Under the pieces are notes generated by a model. It made no database searches and was not told the DNA's origin. It saw nothing but the letters and a program-made list of their open reading frames with translations. Both the position numbers and the translations under genes were made by a program. A stretch of 64,000 nt of DNA from the NCBI GenBank assembly GCA_022605425.2, contig CM061246.1, positions 434,001 to 498,000 of the forward strand, written 5' to 3'. Shown in pieces: positions 48,168 to 59,904 of this stretch (the stretch's first letter is position 1; every line of letters starts with the position of its first letter). This stretch comes from Hamiltosporidium tvaerminnensis FI-OER-3-3 (taxonomy: Eukaryota > Fungi > Microsporidia).

Positions 48168-50214
48168 ATTAAATGTAATAACTATAATCTTTAAAAAAAT
48201 TTAAATACAATTTAAAAGTTTTTTTCAAAGATTAGACCAATACATTAACCTTTTATTTAAAAATATTTTTGATTTTAAAAATGCATTTCATTGTGATTTT
48301 TATATTTGAATTCTAGATTAATTACATGAGTTAACCAAATAAAAAATTCTTTAAATTATGTAATCGTTATTTATTCTACTTCTGTTTTTTTAGAAATATT
48401 TTTGGATTGGAGAATTCGGAAAAACATAGAATCATATCACTAAATTATAGACCGAAATGGAATCAAGAAGTCTCTTGAATCAAAATATTGATCAAATATG
48501 AAATATATGAATTTAATCAGTAGATAGTTTCTAAAATATTTGATATTTTTAAATAAAATTTAACTTAAATATAGTTTAGTAACCATTTAATTATTGTTTT
48601 TAATTTATTTAATAATTTTTCAACTGTATAAATAAAAATTTTACAACTTAGATTTAAAATTTCAACAATGTATGTAAAAGCTTTGATTAAAGATTTTATA
48701 AACAATTTTATGCAAAATTTATTCATTTAACTTAAAAATATTTGGTTTTACGTTTACTACGTAACGAAATAGACTTATCTCACTCTTGAGACAGAAATAA
48801 ATTTTTAGGTTCGAAAAGAAATATCTCTGACCTGTGTAAATTAGACAAAAATTCTATGATAGTTTGGTGATTCTGCGTAAAAGATACACAAATTCGACAA
48901 TACTAGAATAACAATGATATGACCAGTGTTTCTTTATATATAACATGACTACATTAATTTATTTCATTATAGGCAATTAAAGCAGGCATCTTAATAATTC
49001 TTGAAAATATATACGCTGATATAATATTAGATATCCGAATAAAAACCGAATGTTTTTTTGAATTATAGACATAATGTATTATGGTATAAAATAAAATTAT
49101 ATTATACTTATCAGAATTAAAATTACCACAAGGCTCACTTAGATTCTTTGAAGTGAAAAAATATGGAAGTCTAATCTTTGATTAAATTTATTGTTGAGAT
49201 AATTCCTCATATTATAACTTTATGGGATAGTGTGTCAAAATAGTTTGAAATAAAGCTATTAGCCCATCCGATATCATATTATAGTGATATACACCGTGAT
49301 TATATGTAAAAAACAGATAAATAATTTTATGATTCTCGAAGCTGATTATAATTAAGCTTAAATGCTAATTGCAGCTAGAAAAGAGCAAACGGGTGTTATA
49401 AAGGAGCGGGTATGTTTAACCGGCTTATATTCGCATTAAAAATACCAGAGAAAGAGATAAAAGCCGTATACAAGTAGAAGCTTAATTTTCGACCTCTTAA
49501 TCTTAATCTAAAAAAATATAAATAAAAAACCGAATTAAAATATAAAAAACATGTTGCATTGAGATGAACGAGTAGAATAGAACACGAGGCTCAGTAAAAA
49601 TAATACAAGACAGTATATAAAGCAATATAATAAGTTGGCATTAAATATATTTTATTTTTATCTTAAGATGAATTGACTCAAAAACCAAGTAATAAGAATA
49701 TGTTTTGTGCAATAAAAAACGCATGGTATTCTCTATTAGAATGTAAAATCTCTTCGTAAGAGTACTCATAATATTTTGTCCAAGTGTTTGAGCCACTGCA
49801 ATCGACACCATAGAAACTAGATTTTTTATGCATTTTAACATACAATTAAATTTATATTTGTGATCTATATCGTGTAATTTCTACTAACATAGTATTTTTT
49901 CAATATATATTTCATAATTTAATTAATAGATGTTTTAATTTGTAACAATAAAAATGGTTAGAGCTTAAAATAAATATTGTAGCAGATTTATGCACATAAT
50001 AGTAAATTTAATATAAATTTTATAGCGAACAGTTTTAGAGAACTAGAAGTAGAGCCATAACAATCTACTCCAAATAACTAAAAAAAACAAAAGTGTACAT
50101 TAAAATTTTAGAAATAGCAAATATAATTTATATTGTAAGTTAATCTAAATAAATATTTACGAAATTCTAATTATTTTATAACATGAAATTTCTGTATAAA
50201 AGCTATGTTTTTTT

Positions 50215-50424
50215 GATAGATCGCTCCTTTTCTGCGATAGAACATAATCCAACGATGAATAATAGCTGCCCAAGTTCTAGGCGTTTCAAAAACAATTTTC
50301 TTTTGATATGTTAGATTGTCACCTCACGCAAAATTTGAACGAAAGATAAAAAGTAAACCAACCGGTGATTGAACCCGGGCCTTCGGAAGTAAATCCCGAA
50401 ATCCTCAATACTAGATTATCGGCA
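50215..50424 (-). mobile_element. tRNA-derived SINE-like element (degenerate tRNA head, RTE-like body)
   Basis: Minus strand GCCGATAATCTAGTATTGAGGATTTCGGGATTTACTTCCGAAGGCCCGGGTTCAATCACCGGTTGG shows A-box/B-box-like sequence and cloverleaf remnants. The body is shared with 42866-43035. Confidence 0.75.
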
Positions 50425-52071
50425 AAATATATGTTTGCTTATTTATAAAGCTAGCATGCCCTAGAATGTATACAAAATATAGTTAAGACTCGTTTTTACA
50501 CTACGAAAAAATATATGCATTGGTTTTGAGATATTTATCAAACATTTAAAATTTATTTATTTTTAAGATATGAATAAATTAGAATTTAAGATGCATTTTA
50601 ATATATTATTGAATTATTTGTTCCAAATTAAATAACTAAACACTTACTTAAGCATCTAAGTATTCCAATAAACACAGAACTTACAAATTTAACTAAAAAT
50701 AAGTTTTACTGAGATTAAAAGGGATAGAAGACCTATAATTGAGTCTAACAAAAAAAAATTGGATACAAATAATATTATAATTCTAAGTCTTTATTTATTA
50801 GAGCTAGTTTAATTATACGTTCAGAATAGATATCATTTTTTCAATCAGGTATAAAATCATAAAGATAGATGTACATATTTTCATTGCATAAATCTTTGGA
50901 AATATTTTATAATTCAAAACGATTTATTTACTTGTTACTTGATAAATGTAACTTGGGACTATACTAAATCTTAAGGGGTATTTTAAGGGGTATAGAAACT
51001 AAAAGGCAAACCCAAAAACTAAATTCAAATCTGTATTAAATTACAGTTTCTAATAAAAAAATTAAAATACTGAGCTTCACATGTAACGATTATCTATTTT
51101 AAACATTTCGAATGGGCTTCAGTAAGAAGACGAAACAGAATTAATAATTTATGATACTAAAGATAATTCAATTTATCCTGATAGTAAAATATTAGAAATA
51201 ATATTGCAATTTAATATTACTTGTTGGATAGGATTGATAAATTTATTTTAAAAGTTTACTACTTAAATTATTTTTACATTTTTTTTAATTCTAGAAAGTT
51301 GTTGTTTGTGTTTTATGTTTTAATCTGTTGTATGTTTTTAATCTGTTTGAACATAAAATAATAAATTAAATTCGAGAATTCTATTATTCACCAGTATTAT
51401 TAAATTTAAGAAAGTTTTTTTGGTTTTTTTTTTAAATTCGATTTTCAACGCATAGTGTATGTATGAATTTAAACTTAAATATAATTTCAGTATTTAAATA
51501 CGAAAACTGAATTTGGAATTGTCATAAACTTATTATTTTCATTCGTTTCATTTATCTTGAACTAGTTAAGCAACAAATACAATCTAAATTTAATTAAAAA
51601 ATAATATTGAATTTCGAGAATGAATATTTATTATGTATTTAAAGCTCTTATAACCAAAAACAGTCTTTATTAACATTAAAATATCTATCGCGTTTTAATT
51701 ATTTATATTTCTAAATAAAAATTGAATTATATAATGTTAAATAAACGTATTTATAAACTAAAAATTAAAATTTGTTATATTGCAAACAAAAAATAGATCT
51801 ATTGTTTTAAATTCTAATTAAATTTTTTAATTAACAAAAATATTATAAAAGAGTATTGATTAAATTAAATTGCTATATTTTGCATTTTAATTGCAATAAT
51901 TTTTATTTTATAGAAGTAAAATGTTTTATATGTTTTGATGTATACACTTTTTTTCATCAATTATAAGATATGATACGTGCATTTCACACATCAACTACAT
52001 CATTACATGTATTACAATCTATTGGTTATTCTTTTATCAAAAAAAATATAAGCAATACAAAAAAGGACAAT

Positions 52072-52485
52072 ATGGGGGAAATAAATGTTTCAGACGGAAG
52101 AAAGGAAATTTCTATTAATATTAAAGAATATCGAAAAGTTTCCGATTTAACGAAATATGTTGCAATGAAAATGAATATTTCAGAATTTTGGCTGGAATAT
52201 AATGGTTTGAGACTTAAAGAAAATTCCCCCATAAGCGAAATAAAATTTGACCAAACAACTAAAATAAGTGTTATATACAAAAAATTACATTGCTTTTTCA
52301 AACAATGTTATAATAAGGCAGGGAAAATAAATTCCGATTGCAATTACTGCAGTAAAAACTATTGTGCGAAGCACAGGATACCCGAATCTCATGCCTGTAT
52401 TGAAATCGAATCATGTAAAAAGGCAGCGAATAGTCGCAATGAAGCAAAATTGCTAAAAGAAAAGCTTACAAGAAATAAAATCTAA
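52072..52485 (+). CDS. Ubiquitin-like domain + AN1-type zinc finger protein
   Basis: CFFKQC..CNYCSKNYCAKHRIPESHAC is an AN1 pattern; WLEYNGLRLKENSPISE is Ubl-like. The ATG at 52072 begins the Ubl fold; an alternative upstream ATG is at 51970. Confidence 0.85.
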   Translation: MGEINVSDGRKEISINIKEYRKVSDLTKYVAMKMNISEFWLEYNGLRLKENSPISEIKFDQTTKISVIYKKLHCFFKQCYNKAGKINSDCNYCSKNYCAKHRIPESHACIEIESCKKAANSRNEAKLLKEKLTRNKI

Positions 52486-52631
52486 ACAGCTATTTTTTAA
52501 TGTTATTATCTTTTTTTTAAAAAAAATATTACAGTTACCTAAAAAATTAAAAATATATTTCTTACTTTTTGAAACACATATAAATGTTTATAAATTTAAC
52601 AGTTTCAAATGTTTATTTCAATTATAATACA

Positions 52632-52973
52632 TTATAAATACTTTTTTGTGTAATAATCATTCTTGAATTGTAATTCGTAGTTTTTCTTTTTCAATCTTGA
52701 TATCTCTTTGAGTGCTTGGAGATATTTTATTGATGTTTCGGCGCTTTTGTCTTTAAATTCTTTACATTTTTGACATATGGTTTTTTTTTGGAAGGATTCT
52801 AATCTTTTATGAAAATAGTTTTCCATATCTAAATTTTTTTTATTGCATTCATCAGCCAAACTCCGTGCCATATCTTTATATTTTTGCTTCTTTTGATACA
52901 TAATTTTTTCTATATCTGAAGCATTTGATTCATTTAAAAATGTAGAAAACAAATTCGAATCATCATCTGACAT
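52632..52973 (-). CDS. Hypothetical coiled-coil protein, 113 aa
   Basis: ATG ORF with CCCC at 52983-52986, heptad-like composition and a single CxxC. Convergent with the AN1 gene. Confidence 0.7.
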   Translation of the reverse strand: MSDDDSNLFSTFLNESNASDIEKIMYQKKQKYKDMARSLADECNKKNLDMENYFHKRLESFQKKTICQKCKEFKDKSAETSIKYLQALKEISRLKKKNYELQFKNDYYTKKYL

Positions 52974-53807
52974 TCTTTAATTGGGGTTGCATTCAACAAG
53001 TCAAAAGTATTACTAATATGTTAAAATTAAATTTATTTGTGGTTATTACTCCTCGAAGGAAGAAATAAATTATCAAAGTGCATCCTAATTCGGTTTTTAT
53101 AAATTAAAAATTAGGATTCGAAAGAGATTTTTTATTTGTTACAGTTTTGAATTTTCCATAAATTAAAATGTACAAAATTTTTTAAACAAAGTTATTTTTA
53201 TCTGTTTATTTTGTTTGTTTTAGTATCTTCCTTTTCCCATTTTACTTTACTCGCCTTTTATATTGGATTCCTTTTCTATATTTGGAAACAATTCTTTAAT
53301 TTTGGTCATTATATACCAACTTTGGGTCGAAAAATTTTTATATATGGTTGTTTTATACATTTACCTGTTTTATTCTATACCCAATGAAGATAAATAGTGT
53401 TCTTGACTTTACTTAATTTTTACAGCACAGCTTTTAATATCTTTATATAGAAGAGTATTTTTTCACTAAGATTTTCATAAAAAAAATCGTTTATATTTTA
53501 TTTTACCACTTAAAGCACTTTATTCCTTTCGCTAATTTGAAATTTCTTTGATATTAATCTTCCGTTACTTTAATTTGGATATTACATCTAAATAAGGAGT
53601 TATGCGTTATTTGTTTGACGACATCTTTCTGATTGGTTGGCTGTCTTTTAGAAAGATTGGTAGCTTGTATATTTGCTTCTTTCATATCACTCATTGATGA
53701 ACCTAGTCAACACTCTTCTGTATTCGCTTATACCTCGTTTCTTTCTGTCCAATAATTATATTATTCCGTCTGTCCTTTTCTGAACAAGCGAGAAATTATA
53801 CTTTTAC

Positions 53808-53996
53808 CTATATGCATGAGTATTTGAAGCCTTGTAAGGTAATTCGGGTTATTTTTTCAAAATAATTCCCCGGGTTACCTTGTAAAAGAATATCACAACA
53901 CTGGAATTCAAAACAGATTGCCCCATTGTCCAATAGGTCAAATTTATTTGATGTTTCAGCCTTACATATTGAAGCAAATCTTAAGAAGTGATTCAT
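53808..53996 (-). pseudogene. Short ORF, possibly the 5' end of a decayed gene
   Basis: CCCC at 54007-54010 precedes the ATG; 62 codons, then stops in coding-like downstream sequence. Confidence 0.3.
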
Positions 53997-54494
53997 AATT
54001 AAATGAGGGGTGTTTTATTGATGATATTATATTAAATATATCAAGGTTAATTTCACTAATTTTGGGATTTTTTTTGATTCGATTTTCTACGCTCATTCCC
54101 GTATACTTTCATTAGAGAATTTCTCGAGCAAAGTGATACCTAAAAAAACGAGGGATTTAACTATGTAATACTTTTAAAAAAAATTTATAAAGAATATTTA
54201 TGATTATTATGTCAAATATATTTCCAAATAAAATTTATATTTCTGTCTTTTAAATTATCTCACCAAAAATATATGCTGCAAAATTTTTTATTTCATTTCT
54301 CATAAAAACCTGGAAATATTACTGATCGCATGCAAAAGAAAGAATAAAATCTATCATATTTATTTAATTGTTATGAGAAACAAATTGGAAATTTCATAAA
54401 AGAAGAAATCGATGAAACTGTAAAATATGAAACTTACTATGCTAGATACCGCAGCACTATCATTTTGCAATTCATTTCTAAATTTTGACTGAAA

Positions 54495-54718
54495 ACTTAG
54501 TTACATATTTCATTCTTTTTTTGCCTCTCAATCTCGAGAATATACAAATGAAATTTCTCATCTGTTTCTTTGAATCCATTGTAGCTCGAGATTATAGAGG
54601 ATTAGGCTACATATTGGGTGTTGTTTATATCCCATCACAATCTAGCAATGATATATACACAAAATGGAAACATTCATCGCTGAGCAGATAGTTTTTAACG
54701 TCTTTATTCCCCCTCCGC
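54495..54718 (-). repeat. Family 2 short repeat
   Basis: GATTATAGAGGATTAGGCTA..GTTTATATCCCA..AGCAGATAGTTTTTAA matches 12650-12760. Confidence 0.75.
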
Positions 54719-55743
54719 CTCTTTAACTAAAACCGATGGATGTAATTCTTCGAATTATATAAGAATTGTGATTCATCTTTTATGAAACAAATAAATAATT
54801 ATTTTTCAAAAAAACCTTTAATATCTATAGACTCGTAATAAATTGACTGATACTTTTTTCACAATTCAGACATATGACTTTATGATTAGAAAGGCAGTTA
54901 TTTATTTTAGGTTATCTTAGAAAAGGTTATAAGAATGATTTATCTAAATGCGATAAAAAAATTTCACTTAATCGGGTAGATAAATAAGAAATAGAACTCG
55001 TAAAATAAATATAATTATTTTAATATCAAATTTTGGCCTAAAACATTTACATAGAATAAGCATTTTTCTAATTTTACACTAGAAATATTGTACAAATTAT
55101 TGAAATATCTGCAAAAAATACCAAAAATTTAAACTCATGTTAAAAATTTACCAGGTAATTGGTTGCCAAATTTTTTGAATGACAGGATCACTATGATCCA
55201 AATGTATTGATTATTCATCTTCTGAAAGCTAGTAAATATATAAATACATTAACCACATGAAATAGTGTGCTATCACAAGAAAATATAACTGGACGTAATT
55301 ATGCTACGATTTAATTACCGAAAACAAAATTTTTATGTAGGAACCTTGCTAATATCTCAGTTGAAATAAGAGTAGACAAAATATTGTTATAATTTTGATC
55401 ATTACACCTAAAAATATCCCGAAATGGCTAAATTGACCCAATAAGATATATTAAGCTATTTGAAACTCTATCTATAAAACTTTTGTTGAATAATTTTTTC
55501 GAGAAACATATAATATATGAAATAGAGAATCCTTTGACAAAAACAACTAATACGGATGAAATTAGTATCTATTTCCTTATGAGTCTAAAATATTAAATTT
55601 AAAAGTCGATAAATATAATTTTATTAAATGCCTCTGATCAGGATACTGAACATAAATAATAGACGCTTATTTACAAAAAATTCGCACATAATTTCAGTCA
55701 TATTTTTTTATTTTTTGATTTATAAATATAATTGGTTTCCACA

Positions 55744-56458
55744 TGTGGAGGAAGGTTAACCCCATATAAAACTTTCTGCTTGGCAATGAATGTGTGAAAC
55801 TGGCGTGAGATCATTGTATGGATTTTTGGTGGTAATAAAATCACACTAAATCTTCGGTTGTTCCATGGGAGTTGTTATGAGGAGAAGAGGTCTAAGAAAA
55901 GGAGAAACTTTTTCTACAAATTTATTTGTTGTCTTTTATGTAGCCAGATTGCTGACCGCAGCTGAAAATGTAGGTAATTGCAATATAAAAGCATGAAAAC
56001 CTAAACGCGCTCACTCGGGTTAGAAGACTCATCGCCTGGGAAATATAAAAACTAAAACCATGTAAATCCGAGAAAACTAAGTAGCAGATTATAGCTGTTG
56101 GTACTACATTACACTGTCTAGGTGATCTTAAGTAAATCTCTGAAATATATCTTAGCTAGAAGTTTATTGGGTTCAGGAAGTGTCAAGTAAGTGGGAATGC
56201 TGCATAGTCTTGGGAGAGCCCTGGATTGATTCCGGCCTTCGATCACACTCCATGCAACTGGAATTAACGAACTCCGGGCTACTGCTTCGCCTATTAATTA
56301 GGTTCTACACACTTGGTAGATGAAAGGCTTTGGGACGTAGGTATCGCAGGGGGTACTTATGCAGTTTTGGGTAGCAATTGTTTATGTTAAACCTAGAACT
56401 GTGTTAATGTCATGAAAATAAATATAACATTTGCCACTTTTTCAAAAAATCTGATACT
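55744..56458 (+). repeat. Family 1 repeat, copy 5
   Basis: Collinear with 20358-21060 end to end. Confidence 0.9.
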
Positions 56459-56514
56459 ATTTAATAAATTTACTTGGTTTCCACTATATTTTAAAGTTTT
56501 ATAATCCAAGGTTA

Positions 56515-56745
56515 TATGGAGGATTGAAACCGCATTAAAAACTATCTGCCTGGCAAAAAATGTCTCCAGTTTGTGCGAAAAGCATTGTTGTATTGTAGAG
56601 AGTTATAAATCACAGCGGATCTATAGGCCACTTCTCTACAATCTTCGTGTTACGACATATTAAAAGAAACAAATATAAAACTTCCATATGTTTATCCCCG
56701 ACACCGAGGCAAAAGACGAATACAATAAGAATGAAATAAGTAGTT
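56515..56745 (+). repeat. Family 2 short repeat
   Basis: CATTAAAAACTATCTGCCTGGCAA head, TTAAAAGAAACAAAT, ACACCGAG and AATAAGTA tail match the reverse complement of 12560-12780. Confidence 0.7.
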
Positions 56746-59700
56746 AATAATATAAGGTGAATCATATTTAATCTCTAGAAGATTATGAACTATTATAAAT
56801 ATCATTATGATATTCTAAAAGTCATCTGTTATGAAGCATTACTAGACGCTTATTTATATAAATGATAAATTAACACATATTGTTTTAAAGTAAACAAAAT
56901 AAAGGTCTTTAAAAACATAAAATCATCCTCATGTCAAATTTATCTAAATTAACGACTATATGAGGCAAAAGTTGTTTTTATTTAAGTATTAAGACAAGAG
57001 CGACATGATAAGAACTTTTAATTGATGAAAGTATGTACGTAACTGAAATCCAAATCAAACAAAAAAGTTCTTAAACATACTTACCAAAAATTTATTTCAG
57101 TTGAAGTTAACTATCTAAAAAATCTTATGATGCAGAAATTCATATATGACTGAATTCAGAAACCGCCAAAGTTTCGTTATTATAGGAAAATATTTAGTAA
57201 CTGGGGTGTCGCACTCAAAAATTCACATATCATCAAATTAAAAAAAAAATTCTGAAAAATAAAACCAAAAAAATATCTTGCAAGCGATTTTTTGTGACTT
57301 CTGGTATCTGTTGTGTCTAGGAACTTTTAATCCAATATTTAAGAGATTATTAAATCATAAAATAATGTCAAAACAAGTATAATAGAAAAATCAGGTATCA
57401 TTATTTATCATATAAGGTTACTTCTAAAAGCTGATTCGGCTCTGCTTTCTGTAAATAGAATAAAAAGACTTTTATTATGATATTCAGAGAATAGATAGAA
57501 AATAATTACCTACTAGTGATGTCTTTTGAAAAATGAATTTCTATATTTTGAATTTCCCTAAGAAGTTATAGAACATAAACAGAAAACTTAATCGATAGCA
57601 CATTTAAAGCGAATGATATTTTAACTAGGTATAAATTTAGAATAAGAGTCAAATTTGATCAAAGAAATGCTCTCTTATAATTCATAAAGATAAATGCCCT
57701 AATCAATGCAATAGGGAAGGATATGGGGTTTTAAGTTATATATGCTATAAATTATTAGTGATATGTTATTTTTTTATTAAAAAATGGTAGTTCTCTTATA
57801 CCGATACAATTATTTTCAATATTAAGAGAAAAAGCTCGAGCCATGCATGTATAACGATAAGTTTTAGATGTAAAGTTAAATTTTAATTCAATAAATTTAT
57901 GTAGAGAAATAAGAGGAAATAGGCTTTATCGCAACTGCGATCCACAGTGGGAAACAAATAATAAACGGCAACCCTTGGCTAAAAAATTCATTTTTTAAAA
58001 CAACTTAGGCTTTGATTTTATTGTCCAAAAAATAATAATAAATCTGAAAAGCCTCGCAAAAAACCATGCTAGAAATCATATATGCCAAGTAATATTCAAA
58101 ATAGAAAAACCTGTGATTTTGAAATTCTTATATGTACTAGAAAATAAAATTTATAAACGAAAAAAGTATTTTATATTTTATATCATTGATAAAAAGTTTA
58201 AAAGGACAATAGGTTTTTTGAGGATTAAAGAACTGTTGTTTAACTCAATAAAATTTATAATATTTTTTAGAAATTTGGGTTGTATAATTATAATAACGAC
58301 AGTTTCAAGTTGGTTTATTCATTAAATTATTTTTTTTAAAGTATTTTAAATTTATTTCTTTAAATGAATAAAACAGATTTTAACAAATTTAATAAGTTGA
58401 TTTTTAAAATCAAAAGTAACCATAGATTAAAAATAATCGTATGATTCATTTCTATTAATTTTTAAAAACTTTTAACTTGAAGGATTTAAGAATATTTTTA
58501 AAAAAGCAACCGATGATGATTGACCTAGGTTTATTACAAAAAATCACGCAAAAATACTATTAAAAACTGCTTTTAAAATTTTAAATTTACCATTTGATAA
58601 ATTTCATATGTGATATCTTGATTACTTTTTATTAGGTACCAGAGTATGTTCATTAAAATCTCTATGCAAGAGCCAATTAGCCGCTGAATTTATATATATA
58701 TAATTATACAATTTCTTAGTGTTTTTTTGGATTGAACAGGCCAGTAAAATCGCTTCTAAATTCAAAGACTACAAAAATCAAAGTATATAAGAATTTTTTA
58801 TGGAGAATATGCGAAATATGAATTTTTTTTATCAGAAAATTAATTGCAAGAAATTACGGTAAGTAACTTATTTTTGTGTGATTTAAAATGTTGTTTCGCT
58901 TGTCTAAATTAAATGCTTATTAAAAATACAAAATAAAATTCATGTAACTTATGACAGAAAAACATACTAAATAACGTTAGTAACAACATAATAGAAAAAA
59001 TAAATATTATTACTATAAGTTTTTCCTTATTTTTTTTGCATACTCAATATATTGATTATCTTCGATTTATTTTATTACAACTTAAAAATATAATGCGTAC
59101 AAGAAAAAAAAGAGTGATTTTTTCGAATCTAATGAATAATCAATTAGTCTTTTAAAAATAATTAAAATTTTAGTACTTTTTTTACAAATAAGGTAATATT
59201 TTTAATTTATCACTAAAATCATAAAATATTTGAACATTAAATTATGCATGTAGCTAGAGAAACTTTGAAATTTAAATAATTTTGTAACATTCGGTATAAA
59301 TAAACTTAGGTATTTTTAAGGAGTTAAAACTCTATTCACTGAAAATATATATTTAATTGATAAATATTTGATTATAATACTTTAACTTTGATAGAAAGGT
59401 TAAATATGTAATTATTAACAACAGAAGCTTAAACTTAGCAAAATGATACTTAATTATTGTCCTACTTGCCTTTTTAATACAATAGAAATATATGCGCTAA
59501 ATAAACTTTCTTTAATTACCTTTTTCTTAATGTAGGATTTTAAATCTGAAAATATGACAAAGGAAATCTAAGATACAAAAACTTATTTTTAAATTCTACT
59601 TTATCTTATTTATAAACTATTTTCCTTAAAATGATAAAAAAAAATAACTTACTTGATTTTTAATATATTTCTAAATTGGTATATTTATAGAATTATAGGG

Positions 59701-59802
59701 TTTTTCGATCAATATAATAATCCTTGCAATCAATATAATAATTTTTCGATCAATATAATAATCCTGGCAATCAAATAATAATCCTTGCAATCAATATAAT
59801 AA
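59701..59802. repeat. Five 20-21-bp tandem repeats inside the transposon TIR
   Basis: Units TTTTTCGATCAATATAATAA and TCCTKGCAATCAA(T)ATAATAA start at 59701, 59721, 59742, 59762 and 59782. Confidence 0.9.
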
Positions 59803-59904
59803 TTATTTTAAAAAAATAGAAATTTATAAAAAAATTAAAAAAATAGAAATTTATAAAATAAAAATTTAAAAAATAAAATTATAAATAGTACTTGAGATTT
59901 ATTA

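Noticed and set aside
50352-50424. Functional tRNA gene
   Set aside because: Acceptor stem and D/anticodon loops are non-canonical, and it is fused to a repeated SINE body.
59701-59802. CRISPR-like short repeat array
   Set aside because: Units are contiguous with no unique spacers, lie in a transposon TIR, and the context is eukaryotic with no cas genes.
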